Assembly (NCBI GenBank): GCA_016182235.1
Contig: JACOXT010000003.1
Coordinates: forward strand, 529,199-593,198
Reading direction: 5' to 3'
Origin: Candidatus Levyibacteriota bacterium
Lineage (GTDB): Bacteria; Patescibacteriota; Microgenomatia; Levybacterales; UBA12049
DNA length: 64,000 nucleotides
Position numbers and translations under genes: made by a program. Of this stretch, positions 9,326 through 18,866 are shown piece by piece. A model generated the notes under the pieces. It worked only from the letters and a program-made list of their open reading frames with translations. It had not been told where the DNA came from and searched no databases. Position 1 is the first letter of the stretch; every line of letters starts with the position of its first letter.

Positions 9326-9544
9326 AGCCAACGGTGGGAATCGAACCCACGACCTAGTGTTTACCCGCCTGCCTAAGCTGAGCCCTCCCGGAGAATCGAA
9401 CTCCGATCAACGGTTTACGATACCGCTGCTCTGCCACTGAGCTAGGAAGGCTATATTCTGCGGGCAGGCGAAACACTTGCTCACCCACGCTTGTCAAGCA
9501 AGCGAACTCGGCCTTCGGCCTCCGTTCCACTGAGCTACGTTGGC
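9326..9544 (-). tRNA. tRNA-like gene (Thr-type acceptor, inferred anticodon GGU) interrupted by a 39-nt D-loop insertion and a 105-nt anticodon-loop insertion
   Basis: Minus strand reads GCCAACG-TA-GCTC-[49 nt]-GAGC-A-AGTGT-TT-[105 nt]-GGT-AA-ACACT-AGGTC-GTGGG-TTCGATT-CCCAC-CGTTGGC-T. All four canonical stems are perfectly Watson-Crick and correctly spaced. Confidence 0.5.
9381..9451 (-). tRNA. tRNA-Thr (anticodon CGU), nested inside the interrupted tRNA-like gene
   Basis: GCCTTCC-TA-GCTC-AGTGGCA-GAGC-A-GCGGT-ATCGTAA-ACCGT-TGAT-CGGAG-TTCGATT-CTCCG-GGAGGGC-T. Full cloverleaf folded by hand, with one G-U pair in the acceptor. CCA is not encoded. Confidence 0.85.
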
Positions 9545-9555
9545 ATTCAGAGAAT

Positions 9556-9584
9556 ATTGTATGAAATTTGGATCTAAAGAGCAA
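9556..9584 (-). promoter_or_regulatory. candidate sigma70-type promoter for the tRNA locus
   Basis: Minus strand has TTGCTC (9584..9579), a 17-nt spacer, then TACAAT (9561..9556). The -10 ends 11 nt upstream of tRNA position 1. The promoter lies over the pyrE stop codon. Confidence 0.35.
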
Positions 9585-10200
9585 GGTTTTGAAGATACTT
9601 TTTGCCATGCCCAACAATTGTGTTTATAGGCATATTTTTCTTGCAAAAAGGACAATCTTTCTTCTCAAAAGATTGTGCTTCAAAAACACCAAGGTAAGAA
9701 AGGGGAGCGTCAACTGTTTTTGAAGTTACTTTTTTAGGATCACGATTTATCATAACACACACTTCCATTACCTTTCCATCAGCTTTTCTTATGCTTTCCA
9801 CAACCTTTCTTACAGAGCCTCCGGTAGTAGTAAGGTCCTCCAAAACCAAAACGTTCTTACCCTTAACCAATTGCTCATATCCGCGTCTAAATACCTGATT
9901 ATTGTTTTCGTCTTTTTCAGTAAAGATGCCGAGTATTTCTCTCTTTTTAAATTTTGAGAGATGATATCCAGTCCATTGTGAAAGAATAATTCCGCCTATC
10001 GAAGGCCCAACCACAACATCAATATCTTTGTTTTTAAATTTTTCTGCGAAAAGTTTACAAATCTTAGATGTTTCAAATGTATGAGGATAAAGCATATCTT
10101 TCCGAATATATACACTGCCATGTCTTTCTGAGGTATAGACAAAATGATCGTTAGTTATAATAGCTCCAATATTCTTTAATATTCTTACAACATTTGTCAT
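9574..10200 (-). CDS. pyrE: orotate phosphoribosyltransferase-like (type I PRTase)
   Basis: PRPP-binding motif VLVLEDLTTTGGS. Adjacent to and overlapping pyrF (ATGA-type coupling). The C-terminal CPFC motif is atypical. Confidence 0.7.
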   Translation of the reverse strand: MTNVVRILKNIGAIITNDHFVYTSERHGSVYIRKDMLYPHTFETSKICKLFAEKFKNKDIDVVVGPSIGGIILSQWTGYHLSKFKKREILGIFTEKDENNNQVFRRGYEQLVKGKNVLVLEDLTTTGGSVRKVVESIRKADGKVMEVCVMINRDPKKVTSKTVDAPLSYLGVFEAQSFEKKDCPFCKKNMPINTIVGHGKKYLQNLAL

Positions 10201-11042
10201 CTGAATCTATTGATTATATTCTTGAGCTCTGAAGCCTTTTTTCTCGGATAAGGGTCATAGATAATACTTCTCCCTACATTAAACATAATACCACTTTTAT
10301 CTTTATTAACTCCTACTTTTGCAGCTTTTTCGGCCTCACCTTTTTGTGCACCAATTCCTGGAACTAAAAAGTACATATTCGGAGCAATTTTACGAATTTT
10401 TTTTAAATCATTCGGCCAGGTTGCACCAATAACCATAAGACAATTTTTGTATTTTTTGTCCCATTCAACCACGTTTCTGGCAATATTCAAGTAGAGCGGT
10501 TCTACAATCTCCCTAGGTGTCCTATTTAAACCACTTCCCAGGTGTATGCCTGGTGACACATAGGAATCCTGAAAATCTTTTGCGCCAGGATTGGATGTTT
10601 TACAAAGAATAATGACGCCTTTGTCTTTATATTCAAGAAATGGTTCGATTGAGTCGAATCCGAGATAAGGATTAACCGTTATCGCGTCAACATTCCAATA
10701 TCCAAATGCAGATTTAGCGTACATTTTTGAAGCATTTCCTATATCTGCGCGTTTGGCGTCAAGAATAATTGGGATTTCTGGATGGTAATATTTTATGTAT
10801 TCAACTGTTTTTTTGAGTTGACTTAAACCCTTCAATCCGTAAGCCTCGTAGAATGCGATATTAGGTTTATACGCACATACCAAATCATGTGTTTTTTTTA
10901 TTATTTCTATGTTAAATTCAAAGATCGAATCCTTCTTTTTCAATAAAAAATTTGGAATCTTTTCTAAATCTGGATCAAGCCCAATGCACAAAAGAGAGTT
11001 ATTCTTTTTTATAATAATTTCAAGCTTTTGTTTGAAGTTCAT
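10197..11042 (-). CDS. pyrF: orotidine 5'-phosphate decarboxylase, type 2
   Basis: LCIGLDPDL and ILDAKRADIGN motifs; 281 aa, the long (type 2) form. Confidence 0.85.
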   Translation of the reverse strand: MNFKQKLEIIIKKNNSLLCIGLDPDLEKIPNFLLKKKDSIFEFNIEIIKKTHDLVCAYKPNIAFYEAYGLKGLSQLKKTVEYIKYYHPEIPIILDAKRADIGNASKMYAKSAFGYWNVDAITVNPYLGFDSIEPFLEYKDKGVIILCKTSNPGAKDFQDSYVSPGIHLGSGLNRTPREIVEPLYLNIARNVVEWDKKYKNCLMVIGATWPNDLKKIRKIAPNMYFLVPGIGAQKGEAEKAAKVGVNKDKSGIMFNVGRSIIYDPYPRKKASELKNIINRFR

Positions 11043-11047
11043 GTGTT

Positions 11048-11623
11048 TTATATCCGCCTTAAATTCAACTCTTTTATTATTTGGCCAACTAAACCCGGAG
11101 GAGAGTCATCTAATATTATTTTTGCTTTGGATTTTTTTTGAATTTTTTTACTAAGCCCTTCAAGCTCGTCGGCAACTCCACCTGTGCCTGTTAAAACTCC
11201 TATGACTTTCCCCATATCATAAAGATTTGTAAATTCGTTCATAGTTCCCCAGCGTCCGGATATGATTATTCCACAATCACAATTCGCAGTTGATATCACA
11301 TTTCGATATTTTTTGCAAACTTGTTCATCTTCTGAGAATTCAAATTCTTTGGGGATGTAAACTAATTTTTTATATATGGAAAGGTCGTCTTTTGGCGTAA
11401 ACTTCCTTTGTCCCTGTAAATCTAATTTTGGTGAATATCCCCACACAGGATTGCCGTTTTTTGAACCATATCTTGCTGTTAAATAGGGAAGTCCCGAACA
11501 TGCGCCAGTAATTAACGTAACCTTATGGTTGCTTAGTGCTCGTCCCAGTTCAATTGCTTTTTTTTCAGAATTAGCCTCGATTTCAACCGCAGATGAACCA
11601 AAAATTCCAATTTTATAATTCAT
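11048..11623 (-). CDS. LOG/SLOG-family Rossmann-fold protein (TIGR00725-like)
   Basis: KIGIFGSS...AIELGRALSNHKVTLITGACSGLPY pattern. Start placed at ATG 11623 (MNYKIGIF), which overlaps the pyrD stop by 11 nt. The ORF track extends to 11665. Confidence 0.45.
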   Translation of the reverse strand: MNYKIGIFGSSAVEIEANSEKKAIELGRALSNHKVTLITGACSGLPYLTARYGSKNGNPVWGYSPKLDLQGQRKFTPKDDLSIYKKLVYIPKEFEFSEDEQVCKKYRNVISTANCDCGIIISGRWGTMNEFTNLYDMGKVIGVLTGTGGVADELEGLSKKIQKKSKAKIILDDSPPGLVGQIIKELNLRRI

Positions 11624-12683
11624 GTTTCCAAATTTGATAAGCAAGATAAGGATTCCACATTGCACCGGTTGCTGATTGAACTAAATCTGCGCCAGCTTTT
11701 CGATATTCAAAATAATCATATGGCGTCATAACTCCGCCAACTCCTATAATTTCGAAAGTGTATTTTTTTACTTTCCGGATTTTATTTAATTTTTTAACCA
11801 TTCTGAGGCCAGCCCACTTAATTGCGCTACCACACACCCCGCTTTTCAGACGATTTGGGCCAGGGAGCGCTTGCTTGCCATCTCGGTCAACAACTTCGAC
11901 CTGAAGTGTATTAATAGAAGAAATTGCGTTAGCATACTTCTGGGTAATTTCTGCTATTTTTTCTATATCTTTGGAATTTTTATAATATCCTACCTTTAAA
12001 ATTAAAGGAGTATTTCCAATAGCTTTTCTCAATAGTCTACAAATTTTTTCGGTAGCATCAAGGTTGTAACAGACTAATCCTTCGTTCCCAATATTCGGAC
12101 ATGAAAGATTCGCTTCAAGAGCTTTGACATGTGTTTGGCTTGCTAGTCTTCCAGCTTTCACAAAGTCCTCTATAAATTCTTGTTGAGTTTGATTCTTTCT
12201 GACTGTACCCATGAAACTTAACACCAAAAGTTGCCCTTTTCTTTCATAAGTTTTGGCCTTCTTAACATCTTGTTGCCAATCCTTTGGTCTTTTCGAAGGA
12301 ACACCAAACGAATTTGTAATACTTACCGAGCCTGAAAGAGGAGACGTTGCTACTGCCGTCAAGCGGGGAGTTTCTCGAGGGTGGAGTTCTTTAGGAGTTT
12401 TTACATAAAGTACATTCGGAAAAGGATGGCAGGGAAATATGTCTCCTCTTACGGTTTTGTAAACTGATACGGAAAATCCAAAGTCAAACGCACTCTTAAT
12501 AAATTTACTATTTAATAATGGACCGGCGGGGATTCCGAAAGGAAGGTTAATAGGCAGCCCTAAGAAACTATATTTTGGCTTGGTCTTTTTGAAAATTGGC
12601 CGTTTTAGTTTTTTAAGCCCCAAAGGTCCGAGGCTGTAATTTTCTTCGTATGATTTAAATATATCATAAAAAGGAGCGTTCAT
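11613..12683 (-). CDS. pyrD: dihydroorotate dehydrogenase, class 1-like
   Basis: NLSCPN active-site loop with Cys, GVGGV near the C-terminus, TIM-barrel length. Confidence 0.8.
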   Translation of the reverse strand: MNAPFYDIFKSYEENYSLGPLGLKKLKRPIFKKTKPKYSFLGLPINLPFGIPAGPLLNSKFIKSAFDFGFSVSVYKTVRGDIFPCHPFPNVLYVKTPKELHPRETPRLTAVATSPLSGSVSITNSFGVPSKRPKDWQQDVKKAKTYERKGQLLVLSFMGTVRKNQTQQEFIEDFVKAGRLASQTHVKALEANLSCPNIGNEGLVCYNLDATEKICRLLRKAIGNTPLILKVGYYKNSKDIEKIAEITQKYANAISSINTLQVEVVDRDGKQALPGPNRLKSGVCGSAIKWAGLRMVKKLNKIRKVKKYTFEIIGVGGVMTPYDYFEYRKAGADLVQSATGAMWNPYLAYQIWKHEL

Positions 12684-13090
12684 GATCTTCTTCTTCGTTT
12701 TCCTGCGACCTTAAGCTCAATAATTGCCTTGAGAAGCTCTCCCTGGGCAATCTTAAAGTCTTTCTCGGATGTTTTTTCCTGCATTATCTTTTCGGCTCTT
12801 TTTTTTGCTTCTTCGACCTTAGCTATTTCTATATCCTGTGTTTTTATTGCGTAATCAGCGAGAATGCTCACTCTGTTTTTACTTACTTCCATAAATCCTC
12901 CTGTTACGGCAAGGGAATGAATATTTGAACCCTTCTTAACAATTAACTCGCCAGGGAAGACTTGTGTGAGTAAATTTATATGGTTCGGCAAGATAGTGAT
13001 CTCCCCATTAACAGTTGGGACGACGATTTCGTCAACTTCATCCTTAAAAACGGTTGTTAATGGCGTGAGTATTTCAAAAGTAAGATTCAT
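12680..13090 (-). CDS. atpC: F1 ATP synthase subunit epsilon
   Basis: 136 aa with N-terminal beta-sandwich segment VVPTVNGEITILPNHINLLT and a C-terminal helical hairpin. Last gene of the atp operon. Confidence 0.85.
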   Translation of the reverse strand: MNLTFEILTPLTTVFKDEVDEIVVPTVNGEITILPNHINLLTQVFPGELIVKKGSNIHSLAVTGGFMEVSKNRVSILADYAIKTQDIEIAKVEEAKKRAEKIMQEKTSEKDFKIAQGELLKAIIELKVAGKRRRRS

Positions 13091-13092
13091 GA

Positions 13093-15340
<2,248 letters not shown>

Positions 15341-15341
15341 A

Positions 15342-16856
15342 TTAGAACCCTTTCTTAAATTCAAGTATTATTTTTTTTATCTTGTCCAGTAGTTCAACTT
15401 TAGGCTTCTCTCCGCTTGAAAACTCTTCAATAATTTTTGGATTATTTCTGGGAATGAAATTGTGGAGTTCGGTTTCGAATCTTTCAAAAGATTCAAGCGG
15501 AATATCATCCATAAGACCATTTGTAACAGCAAAAATGCTCAAAAACTCGAGACTCTCCGATAGTGGGTGGAACTGAGGTTGTTTAAGAATCTCAATTAAT
15601 CTTTTTCCCCGATCTAACTGTTTTTGTGTCGCAGGGTCCAGCTCGCTGCCAAATTGGGAAAAAGCAGCCAAAGAATTATACTGTGCTAGATCAAGGCGTA
15701 ATTTTCCTGAAATAGATTTAATCGCAGGAGTCTGGGCGGCTCCACCTACCCTTGATACAGATTGGCCTACATTTATAGCTGGTCTAATCCCTGCGTTAAA
15801 AAGATCAGCTTGAAGATAAATTTGACCATCGGTAATTGATATTACATTGGTTGGAATATATGCTGATATATCATTTGCTTGCGTTTCTATTATTGGAAGT
15901 GCTGTTATAGACCCTCCTCCATTTTCCTTATTCAATTTGACTGCTCTTTCGAGGAGACGGCTGTGAAGATAGAAAATGTCTCCAGGATATGCTTCTCTTC
16001 CGGCTGGGCGTCTCAGAACTAAAGAGATTTGTCTATAACTCCACGCGTGTTTGGTAAGATCGTCATATACCACTAAAACGTCCTTCCCTTTTTCCAAAAA
16101 ATATTCTGCAATTGCTGCTCCTGCGTATGGCGCGAGGTATTGCAAAGACGCAGGTTCGGAAGAACTCGCAGCAACAACAATAGAATAACTCAAGGCGCCC
16201 GAAGAGCTAAGTCTGTCAATAATTTGAGTTATTGTGCTTCGTTTTTGACCTATCGCTACATAAATACATATGACTTGCTTTTCGCTTTTAGTTTTTAATT
16301 TTTGATTAATTATAGTATCAATAGCGATTGCTGTTTTCCCTGTCTGCCTATCGCCTATAATAAGTTCCCTTTGTCCACGCCCAATAGGAATCATTGAATC
16401 GATTGCTTTGATTCCAGTTTTAAGCGGCTTATTAACCGGTTCTCTTTTAATAACTCCTGGAGCTATTTTCTCAAGAGGCATTGTCTTATCTTTTTTGATT
16501 TTTTGTTTTCCATCCAGTGCCTCTCCAAGAGGACTAATGACTCTACCAAGCAGGCTATCTGAAACATCTATTCCAAGCGTGAGACCTGTTGTTTTTACAA
16601 TATCTCCCTCTTTTATTTTCTGCCCTACATCTAAAAGAGTTATAGAAACACTGTCTTCATCTAGATTTAAAACAACGCCAGTACTCCCATCATTGAAAAA
16701 TACTTTTTCTCCCATTGTGGCCTTTGATAAGCCACTGGCAATTACCACTCCATCCGCGTATTTAATGACCTTGCCGATATTTTGAGTTTTGAGATCCGTT
16801 CCAAATGTGGCCAGTTTCTTCTCAAGATTTTGAACAATTTTATCCGCATCAATCAT
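15342..16856 (-). CDS. atpA: F1 ATP synthase subunit alpha
   Basis: Walker A GDRQTGKT; 504 aa; position in the operon. Confidence 0.95.
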   Translation of the reverse strand: MIDADKIVQNLEKKLATFGTDLKTQNIGKVIKYADGVVIASGLSKATMGEKVFFNDGSTGVVLNLDEDSVSITLLDVGQKIKEGDIVKTTGLTLGIDVSDSLLGRVISPLGEALDGKQKIKKDKTMPLEKIAPGVIKREPVNKPLKTGIKAIDSMIPIGRGQRELIIGDRQTGKTAIAIDTIINQKLKTKSEKQVICIYVAIGQKRSTITQIIDRLSSSGALSYSIVVAASSSEPASLQYLAPYAGAAIAEYFLEKGKDVLVVYDDLTKHAWSYRQISLVLRRPAGREAYPGDIFYLHSRLLERAVKLNKENGGGSITALPIIETQANDISAYIPTNVISITDGQIYLQADLFNAGIRPAINVGQSVSRVGGAAQTPAIKSISGKLRLDLAQYNSLAAFSQFGSELDPATQKQLDRGKRLIEILKQPQFHPLSESLEFLSIFAVTNGLMDDIPLESFERFETELHNFIPRNNPKIIEEFSSGEKPKVELLDKIKKIILEFKKGF

Positions 16857-17196
16857 AGTCTTTTTCTATATTTTCAATAATTTTATTAAGTGTATCTTTT
16901 AAAGAGTATCTATATACGGTATCATTGTCTACTATTTGAACACCAAGAAGAAGTGATGAATCTTTTTTTACTATAATTCTCTTATTTGGGAAAATTTTTG
17001 AAAACGATCTTTGGTCAATATAGCCGGGAGATGAGACTATTATTTTTTTGGTGTTGTCTAAACTTTTAAGTGCCGTAATATATTTTTTTAAATCGCTTCT
17101 ATTGAAAAGTGACGAGATGAGATTAACTTTTCTTTCATTTAAATAAACCCCGTTGTAACTTTCTAAAGCAAGATGAGTTATCTTTTTCTTATTCAT
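16849..17196 (-). CDS. atpH: ATP synthase subunit delta, short form (C-terminal domain only)
   Basis: Sits between atpF and atpA. The C-terminal segment KKDSSLLLGVQIVDNDTVYRYSLKDTLNKI matches the delta/OSCP C-terminus. Only 115 aa. Confidence 0.55.
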   Translation of the reverse strand: MNKKKITHLALESYNGVYLNERKVNLISSLFNRSDLKKYITALKSLDNTKKIIVSSPGYIDQRSFSKIFPNKRIIVKKDSSLLLGVQIVDNDTVYRYSLKDTLNKIIENIEKDYD

Positions 17197-17203
17197 AGAT
17201 TTC

Positions 17204-17734
17204 TCAGTTTGTTTTCTTTACTATTTTTAATGCCTTTGTTAAAACTTCTTTTTGCTCCTTTTCGGAAAAAAACTCAGAAAGGGCCTTCTCTAAAAGAGAC
17301 GTTGCTATTTTACTAACGTAGACTGAAAGTCTCCTTTCTGTCTCGTGAGATTCTCTCGCTATCTGGTCTTGGGCATCACTTATCATTTTTTCTGTTTGTT
17401 TCTTACTATCTTCCCGAATCTGTCTTGAAACTTCCAGCGCTTCATTTTTCGCTGACTCAATAATTTTTTTTGCTTGTTCTTGGGCTCCCCTTAAAATCCT
17501 TTTTTCATCCTCGATTACTTTCTCAAGCCTTATGCTAGCGGCTTCTGCCTGCGCTAACCCCTCCTTTATGGTATTCTCTCTTTTTTTCAGAAGCTCCAGA
17601 ATTGGTTTATATAGAAATTTTTTAAGTACAAAAAGAATTACTAAAAAATTTACTACCTGGGTACCCAAAAGAAATGGATCTAATCCAAAGTTATTTATAA
17701 TATCCATAAAATCAGTTAAAAATTCAAAGTGCAA
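17204..17734 (-). CDS. atpF: Fo ATP synthase subunit b
   Basis: One N-terminal TM (VVNFLVILFVL) followed by a long charged helix. The start could instead be the internal Met (MDIINNF). Confidence 0.75.
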   Translation of the reverse strand: MHFEFLTDFMDIINNFGLDPFLLGTQVVNFLVILFVLKKFLYKPILELLKKRENTIKEGLAQAEAASIRLEKVIEDEKRILRGAQEQAKKIIESAKNEALEVSRQIREDSKKQTEKMISDAQDQIARESHETERRLSVYVSKIATSLLEKALSEFFSEKEQKEVLTKALKIVKKTN

Positions 17735-17778
17735 AGTTCAAAATTTGAGACTTTAAACTGTAACTTTTAACTCTTAAT

Positions 17779-17985
17779 TTATCCCGTAAATGCGAGTATC
17801 AAAGAGTAAATCGCAATTGCTTCAGCAAACGCCATAGCAAGTAGCATCGCTGGAAGAATTCTTCCTGATGCTTCGGGATTTCTGCCCAATGCCTCCATTG
17901 CTTTTGCTCCAATAAGACCAACCGCGAGCGCCGGCAGCATCCCTCCTAACGCGACGATCAAACCTCCTGTAACACTAATGTCCAT
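17779..17985 (-). CDS. atpE: Fo ATP synthase subunit c
   Basis: 68 aa two-helix hairpin with a GRNPE loop and the TM2 carboxylate in AFAEAIAIYSL. Confidence 0.9.
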   Translation of the reverse strand: MDISVTGGLIVALGGMLPALAVGLIGAKAMEALGRNPEASGRILPAMLLAMAFAEAIAIYSLILAFTG

Positions 17986-18066
17986 TGTTTTATTTCACCC
18001 CCTTTATATTTAACTGAGAAACTCAAAATATTCTACTATTTAGTGAGTTATCTTACAACTATTAAC

Positions 18067-18795
18067 TCATCTTTTCTCAGCGTGATGAGGAATTGTCAAG
18101 ATTGCCATAAATACCATTGTTAACATCGAGAACACAAGGGCTTGAACCAAGCCAACGATAATCTCTAAAAGTAAAAAAGGAAGCGGAACTAAGAAAGCAA
18201 AGATCGAAGAAACTGTTATTAACACAACCTCTCCGGCGAATATATTCCCAAACAGACGAAATGATAGGGAAATAATTTTAGTTATCTCCGAGATAATCTC
18301 TAAAATTCCAACAAAAAGATTTATCGGATTTAAAGAAAAATAGCGACTAAGATAGTCTTTTATTCCTATTGTATTAATACTCATTATATGGGTTGCGACA
18401 ACTGACACCAGAGAAAGACCTAAAGTTGTATTTAGGTCACTTGTCGTTCCCCTAAAAAAAGGTATGAGCTTATCATGTTCCCAAAAGCCGATTGTCCCAA
18501 TGCCGGGAATAAGCCCGCTCCAGTTGGCAAATAATATAAATAAGAAAAAACTCATAAAATACGGAAAGATTTTTATAGCTCGGTTTTCAGCCACAGAAAC
18601 AAGTAGGGTATAAAACGTTTCGATTACAGACTCTGTAATATTTTGCAGTTTCCCTTTTGGAACTAATTGTAAGTTCCTTGATATGTAAAAAGCTCCGCCT
18701 ATTAGCGTAGCGTCAACAAATAATGTGTTTAAAAGAGTGTTCGTTATTGGAAATTGACCAATCTTAAAAATAAGTTCGGGCGCGAATGAAACCAT
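18067..18795 (-). CDS. atpB: Fo ATP synthase subunit a
   Basis: 242 aa polytopic protein with the conserved Arg in LSFRLFGNIFAGE. Confidence 0.9.
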   Translation of the reverse strand: MVSFAPELIFKIGQFPITNTLLNTLFVDATLIGGAFYISRNLQLVPKGKLQNITESVIETFYTLLVSVAENRAIKIFPYFMSFFLFILFANWSGLIPGIGTIGFWEHDKLIPFFRGTTSDLNTTLGLSLVSVVATHIMSINTIGIKDYLSRYFSLNPINLFVGILEIISEITKIISLSFRLFGNIFAGEVVLITVSSIFAFLVPLPFLLLEIIVGLVQALVFSMLTMVFMAILTIPHHAEKR

Positions 18796-18804
18796 TACGA
18801 TTTA

Positions 18805-18833
18805 ATTGTAATAAGACTCCAGATATAAGTCAA
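18805..18833 (-). promoter_or_regulatory. candidate promoter of the atp operon (near-leaderless atpB)
   Basis: Minus strand has TTGACT (18833..18828), a 17-nt spacer, then TACAAT (18810..18805). The -10 ends 9 nt before the atpB ATG and there is no SD. A CTGACAAAA direct repeat occurs twice just upstream. Confidence 0.4.
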
Positions 18834-18866
18834 GAAGAATTTTGTCAGACTTTTGTCAGGAAAAAT

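Noticed and set aside
9326-9544. Alternative readings of the locus as three tandem tRNAs, or as a tmRNA or permuted tmRNA
   Set aside because: The flanks are 93 nt and 54 nt. The 5' flank has no T arm and the 3' flank has no 5' acceptor or D arm, so neither is an independent tRNA. The acceptor lacks the GGGG / G3-U70 alanine features of tmRNA, and the locus is far shorter than a tmRNA.
9354-9617. 87-aa ORF on the minus strand across the tRNA locus
   Set aside because: It is entirely explained by the tRNA and tRNA-like sequences (translation through stems). It has an implausible R/S/C-rich sequence and no start context.
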